Origin: Podarcis cretensis
Taxonomy: Eukaryota
NCBI GenBank assembly: GCA_951804945.1
Contig: OX638149.1
Location: 87,606,001-87,670,000, forward strand
Direction: 5' to 3'
Length of the DNA stretch: 64,000 nucleotides
Of this stretch, positions 1 through 22,600 are shown one piece after another; position 1 is the first letter of the stretch, and the number at the start of each line of letters is the position of its first letter. The notes under the pieces were generated by a model, which did not search any database, was not told the DNA's origin, and worked only from the letters and a program-made list of their open reading frames with translations. Made by a program: the position numbers and the translations under genes.

Positions 1-849
1 CAAAACCGGTGATCAAAGGGCAACAATCCACGCTTTGCAGCCCTTCACTCTCAGCTAATTGCCCTGCCTTACAACTTCTCTTGGCCACCTGCCAGGGAGC
101 GCTGCTTACAAGAGGGCGTCCACTTAACGATTTTTGCGCCTGTAGGTTTTGCTCTCTCCACCTGGGTTTGGATGGGGGCTGTGGTGCAGGGCCAAAGGTT
201 TAGACCTTTCGTGCCATGTTCAGCCCTCCCCAGTCCTCAAAGCTGAGCAAGACTTTCCAACTGGATCTGGGCATCCCTGCTGCAGGACTGGGGGTCCCCA
301 CGCCAGTTCCAGGGTGGTCCCTGATTGTCTTTCAGATATTTCCCTTAGACACCCACAGGAGCATAAAGGAGATAGCAAACCCAGGACGTTTCCTCACCAG
401 CAGATGCCAAGCTAGTTCCATGTGTGGCTTGTCTCAAGAGGAGGAGAAAGCACATGGAAACTCCTGCTCACATCAGGGCCTTCTTCTAGGGAGCTTTTTC
501 TGTATTAATGGTATCAAGAAGCATTTTGCAGAGGGGCGTTCCAGGGCACACGCTAAGTTCATGAAAAGTTTTGATCAGGTGGTGTTGGGTCTCTCCACTT
601 CTCTGAAGATGCACCCCAGAACACAGCAGAGCACTGCAGGAAAATATTGGTTGTGGCGACGAGGGATCCTTTATTGAGACTTAAAGCATCATGTGGAACA
701 GATGCATAGCATATTTCCTTCCCCATTAGCAGCTTCTAGCCGTCTCTGGCATTTGTGGTCAGTGCCTTGGCTATCCTAGTTAATGACGATTAGCAGGTTT
801 AGCACTGTGGTTCTCCCTTCCAACGCTACGATTCTACAAAACAGTGTTT

Positions 850-1150
850 AACCTTATAGCTGCTGCTAAGATTATAATAGCTAAAAAATTAAGAGAAAGC
901 ATATCTCCTACTATATCAGAATGGACTGAGAAAGTTTCATCCATAGTAACTATGATTAAGCTAACTTTTTTTTAAAAAAAAAAGAATGCATATCAACCAG
1001 CCTAACAGGTTTATGGAAAAAGTGGTATTTTTTGTAATGTTTTGGAACAAGTTCAATTATAACGTCCAATGTTTGCTGCTTTCAAATTGTAACTGTATTT
1101 CTTTATGCTCTTTATATTTGGTTTATTTTGTTTGTTAATAAAAATAATTT
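850..1150 (+). mobile_element. Old L1-like 3' fragment
   Basis: 853-969 reads LIAAAKIIIAKKLRESISPTISEWTEKV...MIKLTF, resembling the ORF2 C-terminus of the L1 at 46085-46300. Followed by a T-rich UTR and AATAAA at about 1137. Confidence 0.6.
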
Positions 1151-4100
1151 AATATATATATGGTTAGTCATGTACTGTGTCAGAGAGTTCCACAGAGCAA
1201 TAGTTTTATTTGTTAGGGGAACATTTCTCTTGCTTGTTTCCTTGCTTGCTGTGTCTAATTTGTTTGGTTCATCGTGCTATTTTGTGAAAAGGTAAAATAT
1301 TTGTCCCCTATTTTGTGCTGTTCTTCAAGCCGTGTATAATTTTATAGATCTTTGGTAAATTTTAGTTGACTTCTTTAATAAAGACAGTGTAGTTTATGCT
1401 TTCTTCTTCTCAGCCAATTTATGGCCTCTTCTTTGAATTGTAGCACCAGAGAGTATCCTGCAAGCATCATGCTTTACCTTTAAATAATAGTGGCAGAAAA
1501 CTGACAGCTTTTAGGAGGGCATGCTGGGAGTTGTAGTTTGGATGCAAAGTACGAACTGGTAATCACAAGTTGCATAAGCTGTCAGTTCTGGTACATATCA
1601 GGGTAGCAGGAAAGTCAGGGAAGAAATGACAGTGTCTAGCCAAAAACAGAGCTTGAGCTGAGCCAAGACCATTATTTATAACTTGGAAATAGAAGGGGAG
1701 AGATTATGAAACAAACTGCTACTTATTCACTGGATTTTTTTTGTTAATACACATTATATAACCTAGATTCACCTTCCCTGTAGCACAGCTGCACGTCTTA
1801 AGGATCAGATCTGGGCATTTTTTTAAAAAGCTCAAGTAGATGAACTGTTCTTCTTTTCTGGAAATATCAGTAATAAGAACAGAATCACACAGATAGTCTG
1901 AGTGCCCACAGCCTAGTAGTAAACTAAAAGCCACTGCTGGCCCTAATGCTCTATTGCTGGCATTAACCATCATTAGAATTCAGTGGGTGGCATTCAGCTA
2001 ACTAAGTTGGGTCCATTAATTTAATTGGGTCTACTCTGAGTAAAATTTGGTTCAGTGCCACTGTGATTCCAGAAGCAACTCTTGGAAAGATTTTCCCTTC
2101 CTATGTCTGCCCTATAAAAACATGCTACTCTTGGGAAAAGTGACCAGTTTAGTTTAGCTGCATCACAATATGAGAATTTCAGCTGAATTTACTTCTGAGA
2201 AGGTATGGTTTGAATTGCACTGTTAGGCATTGTGGCACATAACCCCCCCCCACGCGCCTTTCCATCACTGCAGGCTGGCATTGTCCTTAAATTGCCGACT
2301 CAGTAAATTGCTAACAGCAGTCAGAGGTCCTTTCCAGACAGAAAAATCACACCTTGGCCACAACCCAGCTACAGTTAAGGGTGAGTAGCTATCAGTGGAG
2401 GCCGGTCTATTGGGTCAAATGGGGGACTGCCTCACCAACCTCAGTCTGCCTTAAACCAGGCATCTTCAACCTCACTTTTAACCCAAACATGCATTTAACC
2501 CAAACATGCATTTGGGGACCTTTGCATGATGGCCGTGCTCCTGGACCCACCTTGAAGACCACTGCCTTAAACCACAACCATCAACTGCTCCTTGCCTTAC
2601 TTGCAACCAGTTCAGGGGACAACACTGCCTGTCATATTCCTCCTCCATAGCCTCAGTGTTGCCCCTTGTAGATGTCAGCAGGGAGGGTGGTGATGACAAA
2701 ACTCGAATGTGTTTGCTCCCCCAGTCATTGGCTCTGACGCCACCTACCACTGGTCTGTCCCACCAGTTCCAATGGGCACCGGCTGCCATCACTAGCCATC
2801 CATTCCTATGCAGACCTAACTAGGATAAGATCAACCACCGTGGCTGCAATGCTACAGATGCTTACTTACTTGGGAGTAGTCCCTATGAAAGGTAGTGGTA
2901 CTGGCTTCTGAGTAAACATGCATAGGATGCATAGTAAGCAACATGTTCTGCTGACACCAGTGGCAGTGAGTCACAGCTAACCATGGTGTTGATGGGATGT
3001 GCAACCTGATCCTTCACAGCAGGGCTGGGGAACTCAGTGCCCTCCAATGTACATGGACTCCATCTCCCATCAGTTCCAGCCAGCATAGCCAATGGTCAGG
3101 GAAGAAGAGGTTCAACAGGGCCACAGATTCCCCACACTTGCACCTTAGAGTTAGGCTGCACTGCCTGAAGTGCAGCCTCCCCTCCTCTTTCTTCATTGTT
3201 CCACTTCATGGCAGGGCCAAGGGATTTAAGCACACACAACTGCATAAAATTGCAGCCTTGGTTACAAGTAACATTAGGGGGATATTTCATAGCACTTTAA
3301 ACTTGCCCTGCCTTATGGGTCCTACTGTATCAATAGCATCCATAGGACTTGCCTGCCTGTTGACATCCCCATCAGAAGCCAACCTTCAGAAACGCGGTGG
3401 GTGTCTAGCACAGATAGAGCCTCATCTCTGGTGGTGCCTCATTTGTGGAACTCCCTCCCCCAAAACCTGTTTGGCTGGTGCTGACTTTGTGGGATTTGGG
3501 GTGCCAGATGGAAGCAGTTTTCTTTCCCCTTGTGTTTCGTGTCTTTCATCACTTTTAATGGTTTCTAACACAATTATTAATTCTACTGCAGCTGTTTCAT
3601 TTCCCACCCCCATCAGTATTGCATTTTATTTTTTGTATTTATTTTGCTTTCATGATGTGTTTTAAAATGTCTTGCAACTAAGCTACAGCAGTGTGTGTGT
3701 GTGTGGTTTTCCCAGATATATTGGGGGTGCCAGCTACCCTCCGGCTTCAGCAGAATAGCTATACTTGTGCTCCTTGCCTTTAAAAAATAAATAAATTCTA
3801 GCCCAATCTTATGGCTATCTACTCTTAAGCATTCAGTGGGACCTCCTCCCAGGTAAATGTGCATAGAATTGCAGCCGTAGAAGAAATGTACACTGCTGCA
3901 CTGCAGAGTTGGATGTAGACAAGCTTTTTTTAAAAAAAAGGAAAGGGGAAAAATCAGAGGAAGGGCACACAAAATGGTGTGTCATTGCTGCAAGAGGGAG
4001 GAGGCAGCCCTGCTGGTTTTCATCAGTTTGTTTGTTTATTTAAAGGACTAACAGAGCATTCTTGCAATTTAGTTGTACAGCAGGGACTCTGTGGTTTAAA

Positions 4101-6095
4101 TGTTGTTTAGGGCCCTGAATGTGTATGCTTGTGCTCAGTGGGACTCTCTTCTGAGTAATGAAGTATGTGGCATTAGGACATAAACTGCATCCTTCCAAGA
4201 GGGGGATTTAGACTTAGAGTTATGCTGCACACATATAATTCCTAATAAATGTTCACGTGGAGTAGAGGAAGGGAGCCTGCTCTCTTTTGTTGCCTTAAGG
4301 GCAACTGTTTAAGGTTTAGGCTGCATGCAATCCTGTGCATGGTTACCTGGGAGTAACAAAGTCCCACTGAACCTCATAAAGCAAGAATAGCTACATGCTT
4401 CCCTCCGAATGGCTTGAACTCCCACATCCCTGGCTGTTATCTATTCTGGTTGGGGCTGACTGGAGTTGCAGTTCACAATATCTGGAGGGCAACGTGTTGG
4501 CAACTCCTGCCATAAGGACTGACCTGCTGGAGAAAAGGAGAAACCAGCCCATTAAATAAACTTGTTCCTTCTTCTCTCCATGATCTGTTTGCAATTCGTT
4601 AAAGTGAAATATTTCAGAAACAGTGGCGACAGGGCAAGTTCCTGAGCCTACCATGGTGCAACACCAACAGAAAGTGGAAGTGGCATGATGGTTGTAGAAC
4701 CGTGAGGGTGGTATTATGCAATTAGGCTTTACTGAGAGTAAACATGGCCAGGTTAGCACCATTAATTTAAATGTGTCTACTCTGAGTAAGACTACCCTTC
4801 TTAGCGTGTGCGACAGGGTGTGTGGATTAACAGTTTCCTGAGGCCAGGGACAACGAAAACCAAAGCTGAGCTGCACCCCCCAAATCATGTTCCTTTTACC
4901 TCAAATTTCAGAGTCTGTGAAAAGCAGGCTTTTCGTTATAGTCAGGGAAAGCAGAAAAGCAGCTGTCAAGCCCAAGGCGAGCTGAGCACAGCCCATGTAG
5001 TCCCAAACCATGCAAGTCAGGGGTGCCTTCACGCTACACATTTGCCTCATGTCAGTTGCTCTGTGAATGGTGGGGGAGCATTTTGGGGAGAACCCCCCCT
5101 TTCTACTTAGTTGACTTCTGTGTAATTAATAAACTCCCCCCCCCCTTCTGTTCAGGTTTCATTGGTCATGGCTTATCTGAAAATCTGCCTGATGGACTGG
5201 AGGACAGATATGTGCATGATGTCTTAGTTGTCCGTGCAATGAAGGTTTAAGTCTGTTATATGTTGGATGTGTGTCAGCTGATTACTCCAAAGGGTTGAAA
5301 TATGAGGATGGGGTATCATCCTTGATACCCGGACGGAGGCCTGCAAACATGTCCCTGACTTGTCACTCTTCTGCTGGGCATTCCTAGGCAGAGGCCTAAT
5401 TTGACAAACCTGCATACCAGCTTGGCTGGCACCCTTTGGCAGATTCCCCCAAACTTGTGGGCTGCTGTATATCTCCTCCTGCCATTTTCCTTTCTCCTTT
5501 CCCTTTCTTGTTGGGCTCCCAATGCCAATGCTATGAGTTCTTCAATAAATAAATGACAGAGTGGAATTTATGAGAACTACCACTAACCTGACTTTCTTGT
5601 GAGAAGTGAAATCAGCTCCCAAGTCAGAGTCTTCCTGCTTTTGGCAGGGAGCATTTCCCGCAGAGACAGAGCCCTGAGGAAGGGTTGCCTGTCCAGGCAG
5701 GCGCAGCTGGAAATGCACAAGAGAGCTGCTTCACGTGCCTAGGCCTGTCACCTCCACAGGCAGCGTTCCTGAGCAGAGGGAAGGGAGAGGCCTCTACAGC
5801 CCCGGGGGCAAGGGCGAACCTCAGGGAACAAGGGATCATGGGCAGAAGACACCTGCCCCCATGCCGGCTTTTAGGGTTTTCAAGTCATCTCCTATATTTT
5901 GTGCAGAGGCAGAACAGGGGAGTGGTGATGATGCCACCTACAGCTCTTGCGTTTTGTGCAGAGGAGAATAATAACCATAATAATGATAATAATATCCCAG
6001 GTGTGGCTTTTACCATTATTGCAGCTCTGTCGGGGGGGGGGGGATCTGCATGTTGTGCAGTTCTCATTTATTTGCATCTTCTCCGACCTTCCAGC

Positions 6096-6395
6096 CAGGG
6101 GCGGAGGAAGGGTGTGTGGTGGGGGCAGTGCACCCTGGGTGTCTTCACTGAGGGGGGTGACATTTGACGCGCCGCCCACCCGTGACTCCCAAGCCTACCC
6201 TGAGCCATCAGGGGGAAGGGGGGAGCTATGCTGCTTTGCCGGTGGCATTCCCCCCTTCTCCCTTTGTTCTGAATGCTTGGGGGAGGCTTGGGAGTCGCGG
6301 GCAGGCGGTGCACCGAGTGTCTGCCATTGGTGGCTTGCTCTGCCCCCATGGATGGCTTGCTCCGCCCCCGGCTGCAGGGTGTGCACTCCGCTCTG
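6096..6395. mobile_element. Older GC-rich hAT-like MITE related to the 32635-32850 element
   Basis: Starts CAGGGGCGGAGGAAG and ends CTCCGCTCTG. Terminal regions resemble the 32635 element; no clear TSD. Confidence 0.45.
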
Positions 6396-8759
6396 TGCAC
6401 CTGAGTGGCTATCCCACACCTGGGAGGGCACCCTCCATGCCCTATGCTCCTAGGGAGCACACCCGCCTTTCGCAGTGCGGGCATATGCTCCACTGCTGTT
6501 TCCAGCTAGTGTCATGTTGCTGGCACTGAGCCAGGACTTCCTGCATCCTGATCCCACCTCAGAGTTGGCTGCCTTCTGGGCACGATTGACAAACGCCACT
6601 CTAGGCATAACCCAATTTAAGCAGCCCAGTCTTTAGCAGCTCAGGACCTTGGGTGGCTGTGGCCAGGAGTGCCTTTGCCCAGCTTTTGTTTCATTTTATT
6701 TAACAAAATGGATGTGGCACTTGATTGTAAGGAAATTCCTAAAAGGTTTGCAACTTGGGCTGTCGCACAACTGTGTTTGCTTCTGGAGAAACTGCTGACT
6801 TGGCCCAGGTAGCATATACATCACAGCTTGATTGCTGCAATGCACTCTGCATAGGGCTGCCTTTGAAGGGTACTCAGCAATATTGGGCCCAGAATACCGC
6901 AGCCAGTCTGTTAACAGGGACTGCGTGTAAGCAGTGCACAACTCCCTTACTGAAACCATTGCCACTGGCTTCATTTATTTCTGAGCCCATATTAAAATAC
7001 TGGTGGTGGTGACCTTCAAAACCCTATAGGCTTGGGACTTGGATATCTGAAAGACTTCTGTCTTATCAACATGAAACTAGTGAGATCACTTTTAGCAACC
7101 CTTGTTTGTCCCAGCATCCACAGAAATACGCTTAGTTGAAAGCAGGCAGGCAGCCTTTTCAGTAGCTGCACCCAGGCTCTGGAACTCCCCCCCCCCCACA
7201 CACACACCCATCCCAACACTCACCTTGGCCCCTCTCTAATGGCATTCTCTAGAAGGAGGAAAGCCTTCCTTTTTTAAGGAAGGCTTTTGGGCCATAAAAT
7301 GGTTACTCCCTTTTTTTGAGATGGTACAGATTGCTGTGGTTAAATTGATTTTGGTTGGTTACTGATATTTTAAATCATTTCTCACTGTTGTTCCTGTTTT
7401 AGTGTTTTATGGTCACTTTATATATTGTTAATGTCAAAATGGTTAACAGCATTATCTTATCTGTGTCTATTCAAAACTATGCCCCAATGATTTCAGTGGG
7501 GCCCACTCTCAGCTAAATGGGTATGTGATTGCAGCAGCCATAGTTATTGTTTCAACTTAGGGTGACCTGATGAAAAAGAGGGCAGGGCTTCTTCATCTTT
7601 TGACAGTTTTGCAAAAGAGGAAATTTCAGCAGGTATAGCCTGCATGACAAGCTACACCTGCTGGAGTCACCTTCCATACATGGTGAGCCATCTTGGGCTT
7701 GTTGAGGAAAGGGCACGGATGTTTTAAATAAGCAAACAAGTAGCTTATTCAGAAGCGAGTCCCACTAGGCTTCTCCACACTAGATCTAAATGTGAATTTG
7801 CACCTGCCTGTCTCCCCAACAATGTGGGGGCAGCCATGCAACAAATTTCCCAACCCAGTGCAGCCAACAGTGTGACTGCAAGATGTCGTCCAAACCACCT
7901 GGAGGGCATCACATTGGATATACCTGTCGTAAATCAATGCCATGGACCATTGACAAACCCTCCCAAAGAAACCAGGGGTTTAGCATAGTTTAACAATGAC
8001 ATTTCTAACCTGTAGAGACATACTCATGTGGTGCATACGGCTCTCTTATGAAAAATGGCTACATGGTGCAACAGTTTCCCATGGTTGTGTGTGTGTGTGT
8101 GTATGTGTTTCCGTGGCTGCCTTGTTAATTTTCCAGACGGATACAGAAGGCAGGGCCAGACCTATTAGAATACACTAAGAAATTGGTGAGGCCACACCTT
8201 GGATTGCTGCCTGCGGGGAACCTATGGCCTGCCAGATGTTGCTGAACATGGCCACTGGCTATGCTTGCTGGGGCTGCTGGGAGTTGTAGTTCAGCAACAT
8301 TTTCCCACACCAGTTTGAAATCAGCATTGGTATTGTACCTTTTACAACTATGCGGTATGGGAAGGTTTTGCCAACACGGGGGTGCCACAGTTAAGAAATA
8401 AATCAATCCAGCTTTTAATTTCTGCCTGTGAAGAAGCTGCTAAAACATTGGACTTCCGTGTCACTAAAATGACCGACGTGCAATGGAGGAGGGGCAGCCC
8501 CCCTGGGTGCAGCAGGCCCCATCCTTTTCGAAGATATTTTTGCAGACGCTTTTCTCCCTTAAATCCCCTCTTTTGCACCCTCTTCTGCCTCTACGGAAGG
8601 AGTCCCAGCCCCATTTAGCCGTTTCTCTTCGCTTCCTCCTGCTGCGTCTGGTGATGAAAGAGTCTGCACGGTGACTTTCGATTTGGAGACGAAGCAGCCA
8701 CCTTGGAAATGATTAATTCTCCTCTCTAGGCGTCTTGCCTCCCGGTAAACACCAACGAG

Positions 8760-8904
8760 GAGCTGGGGCGGGGCCACCTTCTAGGCCCGCCCCCTCCTTT
8801 ATAAACCCACTGCGGCAGGGCGGGCTAGAGCAGGCGTAGCTGCTTCTCACAGAGACTTCGTCGCATCGACTCAGCGTGAGCTCTCAGCCCCGCCGTTCCT
8901 CATC

Positions 8905-8907
<3 letters not shown>
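8760..8907 (+). promoter_or_regulatory. TUBA4A core promoter and first exon
   Basis: GC boxes at 8765-8774 and 8784-8793 and TATAAA at 8800-8805, about 100 nt before the ATG|GT exon end. Start of a CpG island running to about 10400. Confidence 0.85.
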
Positions 8908-16991
<8,084 letters not shown>

Positions 16992-17030
16992 CTCTAGATG
17001 CTGCACATTGTCTGATGGACCTTCATTTTC

Positions 17031-17036
17031 AATAAA
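17031..17036 (+). terminator. TUBA4A polyadenylation signal
   Basis: AATAAA 40 nt after the stop, followed by GT/T-rich sequence. A second AATAAA lies at 17344-17349. Confidence 0.7.
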
Positions 17037-19224
17037 GTATGTTTGGTTTTATCTGAATTTCTGTGGTATGCCTCTTTCTTGAATAGGGTTACAGCTTCAC
17101 CTTGCTGGTGGAACAGCTTCAAGTGCTGTTCATTGCCACATAATGGCCATTTCCTTCCACACACCTTGAAGGATGTAGAAAAGAGAAGGTGCATGCCATA
17201 GCAGTTAAAGCTGAGCAAATTGGTGGCACAACATTGCACCATGGAGACTACATGGGCTATTTTTATTAAATTTATATCCTGCCCTTCCCCATAGTCTTTA
17301 GACAGGTCTTATACTTCACCAAGTTAAAACAAATTATGTGCCCAATAAAATTGATATAGTCAAATCATGCATACTAGCATATTCTTTTCTCCAAGTGCCA
17401 CCATCACCACAACCACCCTGATTTGGTACAAAACTTTAAACCAGAATTAGGAAAGTGAAATGAGGTTAACAAACAAGAACGGGACAAATAAAAGTGAGGA
17501 ATCTCACTGACTGTAGGCAGCTCTGTGCGCCTCCTTTCTTGGCACTGGAGATTCTGTTTTGCCTCATATAATCTGACAATAACTAGCTTTTTCCCCACAC
17601 AAAAAAAATCCCTGAAGATAGCAGAAGTAGGATATCGAGCTATTACAAAACATCTCTCTCCCACCCTTTCCCTAAAACTCTTGAGTAGCATTTTAATTGC
17701 ACAACGACCTTGCAAAGTGGATTGGATGTGACTTTGCCCCAAACAAGGGTAAAACTTTATGCATAGGTAAGGATTTAATTCTGCATCTCATCACAATACT
17801 TCCTTTGGATACCCACTGCAGGAAGATCCCCTGCAATCTCCTATCCAGGCTGAAATCTCATTAAAGTTAACACCACCCCTGCCTTGAACGGGGATATATT
17901 CCCTGTATTCCAGTCTGCCACCACTGACCCCTCTGCATACTACACTGCGTAGGATAGACACATCCCCTGAAGAGTTTGGAGAAATGCTGAATTGTACTTT
18001 TCTAGGCTTCTCAACCATAAAATCAAAGACTGGTGTATGTTCTGCTGAAGATGTCACTCTCTCTTTTACCCTCTCCTAGCTCTACTTTCAAATGTTAAGC
18101 TGCTTGTAGGCATACCTTGCCTAGAACGCTTTAGGCTCCAGTTCTTAGACAAGTGAGGAGTCATACAAAGTTTTAAAGATAAAGACCAGTGAGATCAGCG
18201 AGACAGATGGGAGTGGGCCTCACCTTAACTGTGAAATTAGGGGTAGGATTTATGTACTCCAGATGAAAAATGTTTGCTTTTCCTCTATTGGCTGCTGCTT
18301 CTCTGGACAAAGCACTTATTCATTCTTCCAGGAGCAAAGGAGGGGGGAGGCATTGAGTGGAAGAGGAGGAGTGGTTACACCCAACCTGAAAATGTGCTGG
18401 CTGCAAGTCAGGTCTGGCAAGGCCTCTGTAAACTGCTTTGCCCTCCATACCAGGCAGACAGCCAGTCCTCTCTCTTCTTGCCTGCCCCCATGGCTGCTTT
18501 GACTATACATGGGCTATATAGCATAGGAATCTCAAACTAGAAGTTCCCCTCTTTACCTACTCTCGCAATGGGTGGTGGAGGATGTGTGAACCCCTTTCTG
18601 TACAACCCCTACTTTATGAAGGGCCAAAGAATCTCACATTGCTGACACACTCTTCAGTCTGAATGCCTTAACTGCACTAACAGCAGTTGCCATCCCTGCT
18701 GTTTAATACATAGCTAAAGTGCCTGATGTGTGTTCTGTTTCACATACACAGAAGTTTAGTACTGAGACCAAATACATCATACTGTATTTGCCTTTCATTG
18801 ATGAGAAACATTTCTAGACGTGTGTGTGTGTGTGTGTGTCCCTGCCTGCATCCATGAAGGCTGATGCAGTAATAACACCAGCTTTCAAGGTCTTTTAAGA
18901 CTCTCTTGTGAGTTTGCTCCAACAGACTTAACACAACTCTTGTTCTGAAAATTGACTCACACCTTGGTCAAGGTAGACATTATTTCCTACCCCACACAGA
19001 TCTTTCCAGCTCTGAATAATTAGCAGCTGTAGCATAGAGCATATAAAACACACAAATGTTTACACAATGCAGTTTTTCTAGCCAGAAAAGATGGTAAAGC
19101 TACCAGGAGTACAACAAGAAGTAGACAACTAAGAGAACTACACCATGGTTGCCCCCCCTCCCCCCCAAGTTTATATATTTGCAAATCACATACTAAATAT
19201 GTTGATACAGCTGAGTATGAAGAC

Positions 19225-19230
19225 TTTATT
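19225..19230 (-). terminator. STK16 polyadenylation signal
   Basis: First AATAAA on the minus strand, about 400 nt downstream of the STK16 stop. Confidence 0.6.
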
Positions 19231-19635
19231 TGACATGACAGGCCCAGAAGACATGCCTGTACCAAAACAAATAAGACACCAGCTTCTTAAATCATTCATC
19301 TAGAAGCTGTACTTGAGTACAGAATGCTGGGTTCTCTTTCCCAGCCGGTGATGAGGTATCTTGGTCCCTTGTAAGAGCAGCATCCTGCTGCTTTAGGGAG
19401 GTGGCTGACCATAGCCTACAACGCAGGTGAAGCCCAGTAAGGTGCATGCTAGGCCACCTGTGAAAATGGCAGGAGGACCTTCAAGCAAGTTCCAAGGCAG
19501 GCAATGGCCCCACTGCGGAAGAGTTTCCGAATGAAACCTTGTCCAGTCTTTCCTGTAAACTTTGAACCACTGGAGGTCCCCCACGTGGGCTTCAGTTCCT
19601 TTGCTGCCTCCATGCTTACCCCACACACTCTGGGC

Positions 19636-22600
19636 TCAGATGCGGGTCATGTCCTGCCCGGTGGGAGGTGGTTGTATCGCTTCAAGCTGGCCTATGATGT
19701 CAGTGATGAATGGGCGCTCCTGGGGATTCACCACCATCATGGAGGAGAGGAGGCGTTCCAAAGCAGGCGAGTACCTGAAATTCAGAGGCGCTTTGTACTT
19801 GGTCTGTCTTGGATCAAGGACAACCTTCCTTTCACACAGCCATTCCTTACCTGGTATTCTGGGGCACGGTGAGTTGGTTCTGCACCGCTAAGGCCACACT
19901 GTCCCCCTTTTGGAAGATCATGTCGTAAGGCCCCTCTCCAAACATCATACAGTACAGAACGCAGCCTAAGGACTAAGCAGAGGCAAGGTGAGAGTAGGGA
20001 GAAAGCTGGCTCTTGAATGGAAAGGCATCTCAAGGACAGGATCTCCCTCCCTTGCACAGGGACAAATTGGGGAATTGCATCCTTTGACTTAGGTGACTAA
20101 GTGGATTTTTCCCCCTAAATGGAAATGGAGGATCCTTACCCAGATGTCAGTACGTTCATCGATGACGCATTCACGCTCCACAGTGAACAGCTCTGGTGCT
20201 CTGTATGAGATGGTGCAACGTTGGGCAGCCCAGTCCTGCAAAATAAATTAGAGGGAAGGCGCTTTGGGCAATATAAAGCGACTGACAAATTTAATAAATA
20301 ATAAATAAGACAAGAACTTAATCTCAAATACAGTGTGTGAGAGAGGGAGAGGGAAAGAGAAAGAGAAAGTAAACAGAAGGCCTTCGTCTCAACTTTTTTC
20401 CTCAGGAACATTCCTGCAATGCCTATAATTTGTTATAGGCATTGCAGTGGCAGTAGTGTTAAAGTAAATGATTACAGCATACCAGAGAAGGAAGGAAGGA
20501 AACCTCAGGCTCTGCCTGCCCACAGGCGTCTCAATTCTACATATACTTCGAAGTGATTGACATTATGATTTCATTATGAGAAAGATGATAACTTTCTAAA
20601 TTAATGACCCATCAGAGTTTATATGCTAGTTTTTTTGCCTCTTGTTGCAGCCCTAACCACGCTATGTGGGATGGAAGGGGGAATACTGTTAATCTTTTGG
20701 AGACCCAACTTACGGTGACTTTAGTTAAGGAATAGGTAGCTTCTGAGAACTTCGTGAAGTTTTTTTAAACTGCTCTTTCCTCTGTGGAAATTTTCCATGT
20801 TACAGAAGCAAAGATTGCATAGTATCACATGGATCGTTTTGCATGGGCAAACAAGATCACAACTTGCTAACATTCCCTTCCACTCTTCTGTTTAATTGCA
20901 GGTGTTGAGGGGACTGGTGCCTGCCTGAGCTCCTTTTACAATTAATCTAATTTAGAGGGTTCTTCACCATCTTTGCTGGAAGCAGCTATTTTCCCATTTC
21001 CTTTTCACCAGGCTGTCCTCCTACCTGAATAGTCATGGCCTCCCGCAAGCTTTGCACCTCAATGCGGGCCTGATTCATAGAGCCCAGGTCCATCAGCAGC
21101 GGTTGGTCCTCATCATCCAGGAGCACATTTGTAGGCTTCAGGTCTCTGAAAAAAAGATCCTTGATTTGTCCAGCCACAGAACCATCAGAGCTTTGAAGTC
21201 GGCTTTGAACCTCTTACGTCCCCAGGCTCTGGCTTCCCCTATTGCAAATACTGCTCCATGTCAAAATGTGGTTCTTTAGCTTTGCAAACTCCTGTGTCGG
21301 TGCTGTCAATATTGATCTATAACTGATCACCTACGTCACCCACTTCCTCCGCCCTCCCCAAACATGGGCTCTGTTCCAACGGTGAGAATGCCCCATGCTT
21401 TCTAGACCCAGCTTCTCACCTGTGTGCATAGCCCTTGTTATGTATGGCCTGCAGGCCCCGGCAGATGCCATGGAGGATGGCCAGGATCCTCTCCTCCGGC
21501 ATGAAGGCGTCTTTATCTCTCAGAGTTTCAACTTCCTGCCAAAGGGTCCCTCTCTGCAAAGAGAAGCCCAGGCACGCTGGTGATGGGGATCACACATATT
21601 CTCCTCAAAAAATACCGGATGAAGAAGAGATCCTCTATTAGTGCATTTAATGTATTAGGTACAAACCCTCCACCTGCACAGGGTTGAAGGAAGTGATTTC
21701 CTAGAGGATGGCACCATCCCCACTCCAATATGACCGAGAAGATGCAAAAAAAAAAAGCTTTTGGGGACAGCAGCTTTGGAGCCAGCCTGATTGCCTAACC
21801 ATTCCAAGAAGCACTTATTTCTGCTTTACTATGGGTCACCATGCTTCCAGCTCTGAACTTGCCCTATCACTCTGCTGGGGTCTGCTGTTTTTAGGTGACT
21901 ATTGTTGTGGAGCTTTCTGCCAGGGCCAAAATGCAAGCATAGCAGAAATTTGGGAGCACAGTTGAGCACAGCACAGTGGAGTAAAACTACAATAAAGACA
22001 ACCTTTGCTTTCAGCTTATTGATCTGGGCTGAATTTAGGAAAGGAATGGATGCCTGAGGCTCCAAGCTGACTTCACAGGGGTGCTGCCATGCCCACCACA
22101 TTAAGGGGTGTGTAGAGAAAAACCAGATCAGATTATCTGATCCCCTGAGAATTGTGGTACCTGCCACAAAATCTCATGTGCTGCCATGTTACTAAATCCT
22201 TTCAAACTGAAGCAGCAAAGTCTGTAAAAGCAGACGGAGGTCCTTTATCACAGAGGACAGCTCTGGAATCTGGTCCAATAGAAGTCAAGGAGAATAACAT
22301 GCACTCTGAGGCTCTGGCAGCCAAAAATGAGATGAATCTCAGGGTTCAGCTTGTCCCTTATGCTGTCTAGTAGAAACATGAAAACTACTGGGAAAGATTA
22401 TCCAAGGATTTGGGACTGGGTACCATCTATATGCTGATGACACCCTTTCCATTCTGTACCCTGGGAAACCTCTATTGGTTTAATTTTTTTAACTTGTGAT
22501 TGCAGGCCACCTGGGGTGGGAGTCCAAAGGGCAAGATGAAAACAATTTTATAAATAAATGCTATGGGACCGATTGCAATTGGTGTAGAAGCAGGGTTCCA

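Noticed and set aside
216-677. 153-aa ORF and overlapping ORFs at the window start
   Set aside because: No recognisable domain and no coherent exon chain; likely chance.
2477-2513. 17-bp tandem duplication TTTAACCCAAACATGCA
   Set aside because: Simple slippage duplication with no functional context.
2997-3665. 222-aa ORF
   Set aside because: Non-ATG start, begins inside a MITE copy, and composition is not protein-like.
5685-6529. Stack of overlapping ORFs on both strands
   Set aside because: Explained by GC-rich MITE-like sequence that is poor in stop codons.
1-8700. Search for a TUBA4B-like antisense tubulin paralogue or pseudogene
   Set aside because: No tubulin-like peptide seen in the ORF track or by eye.
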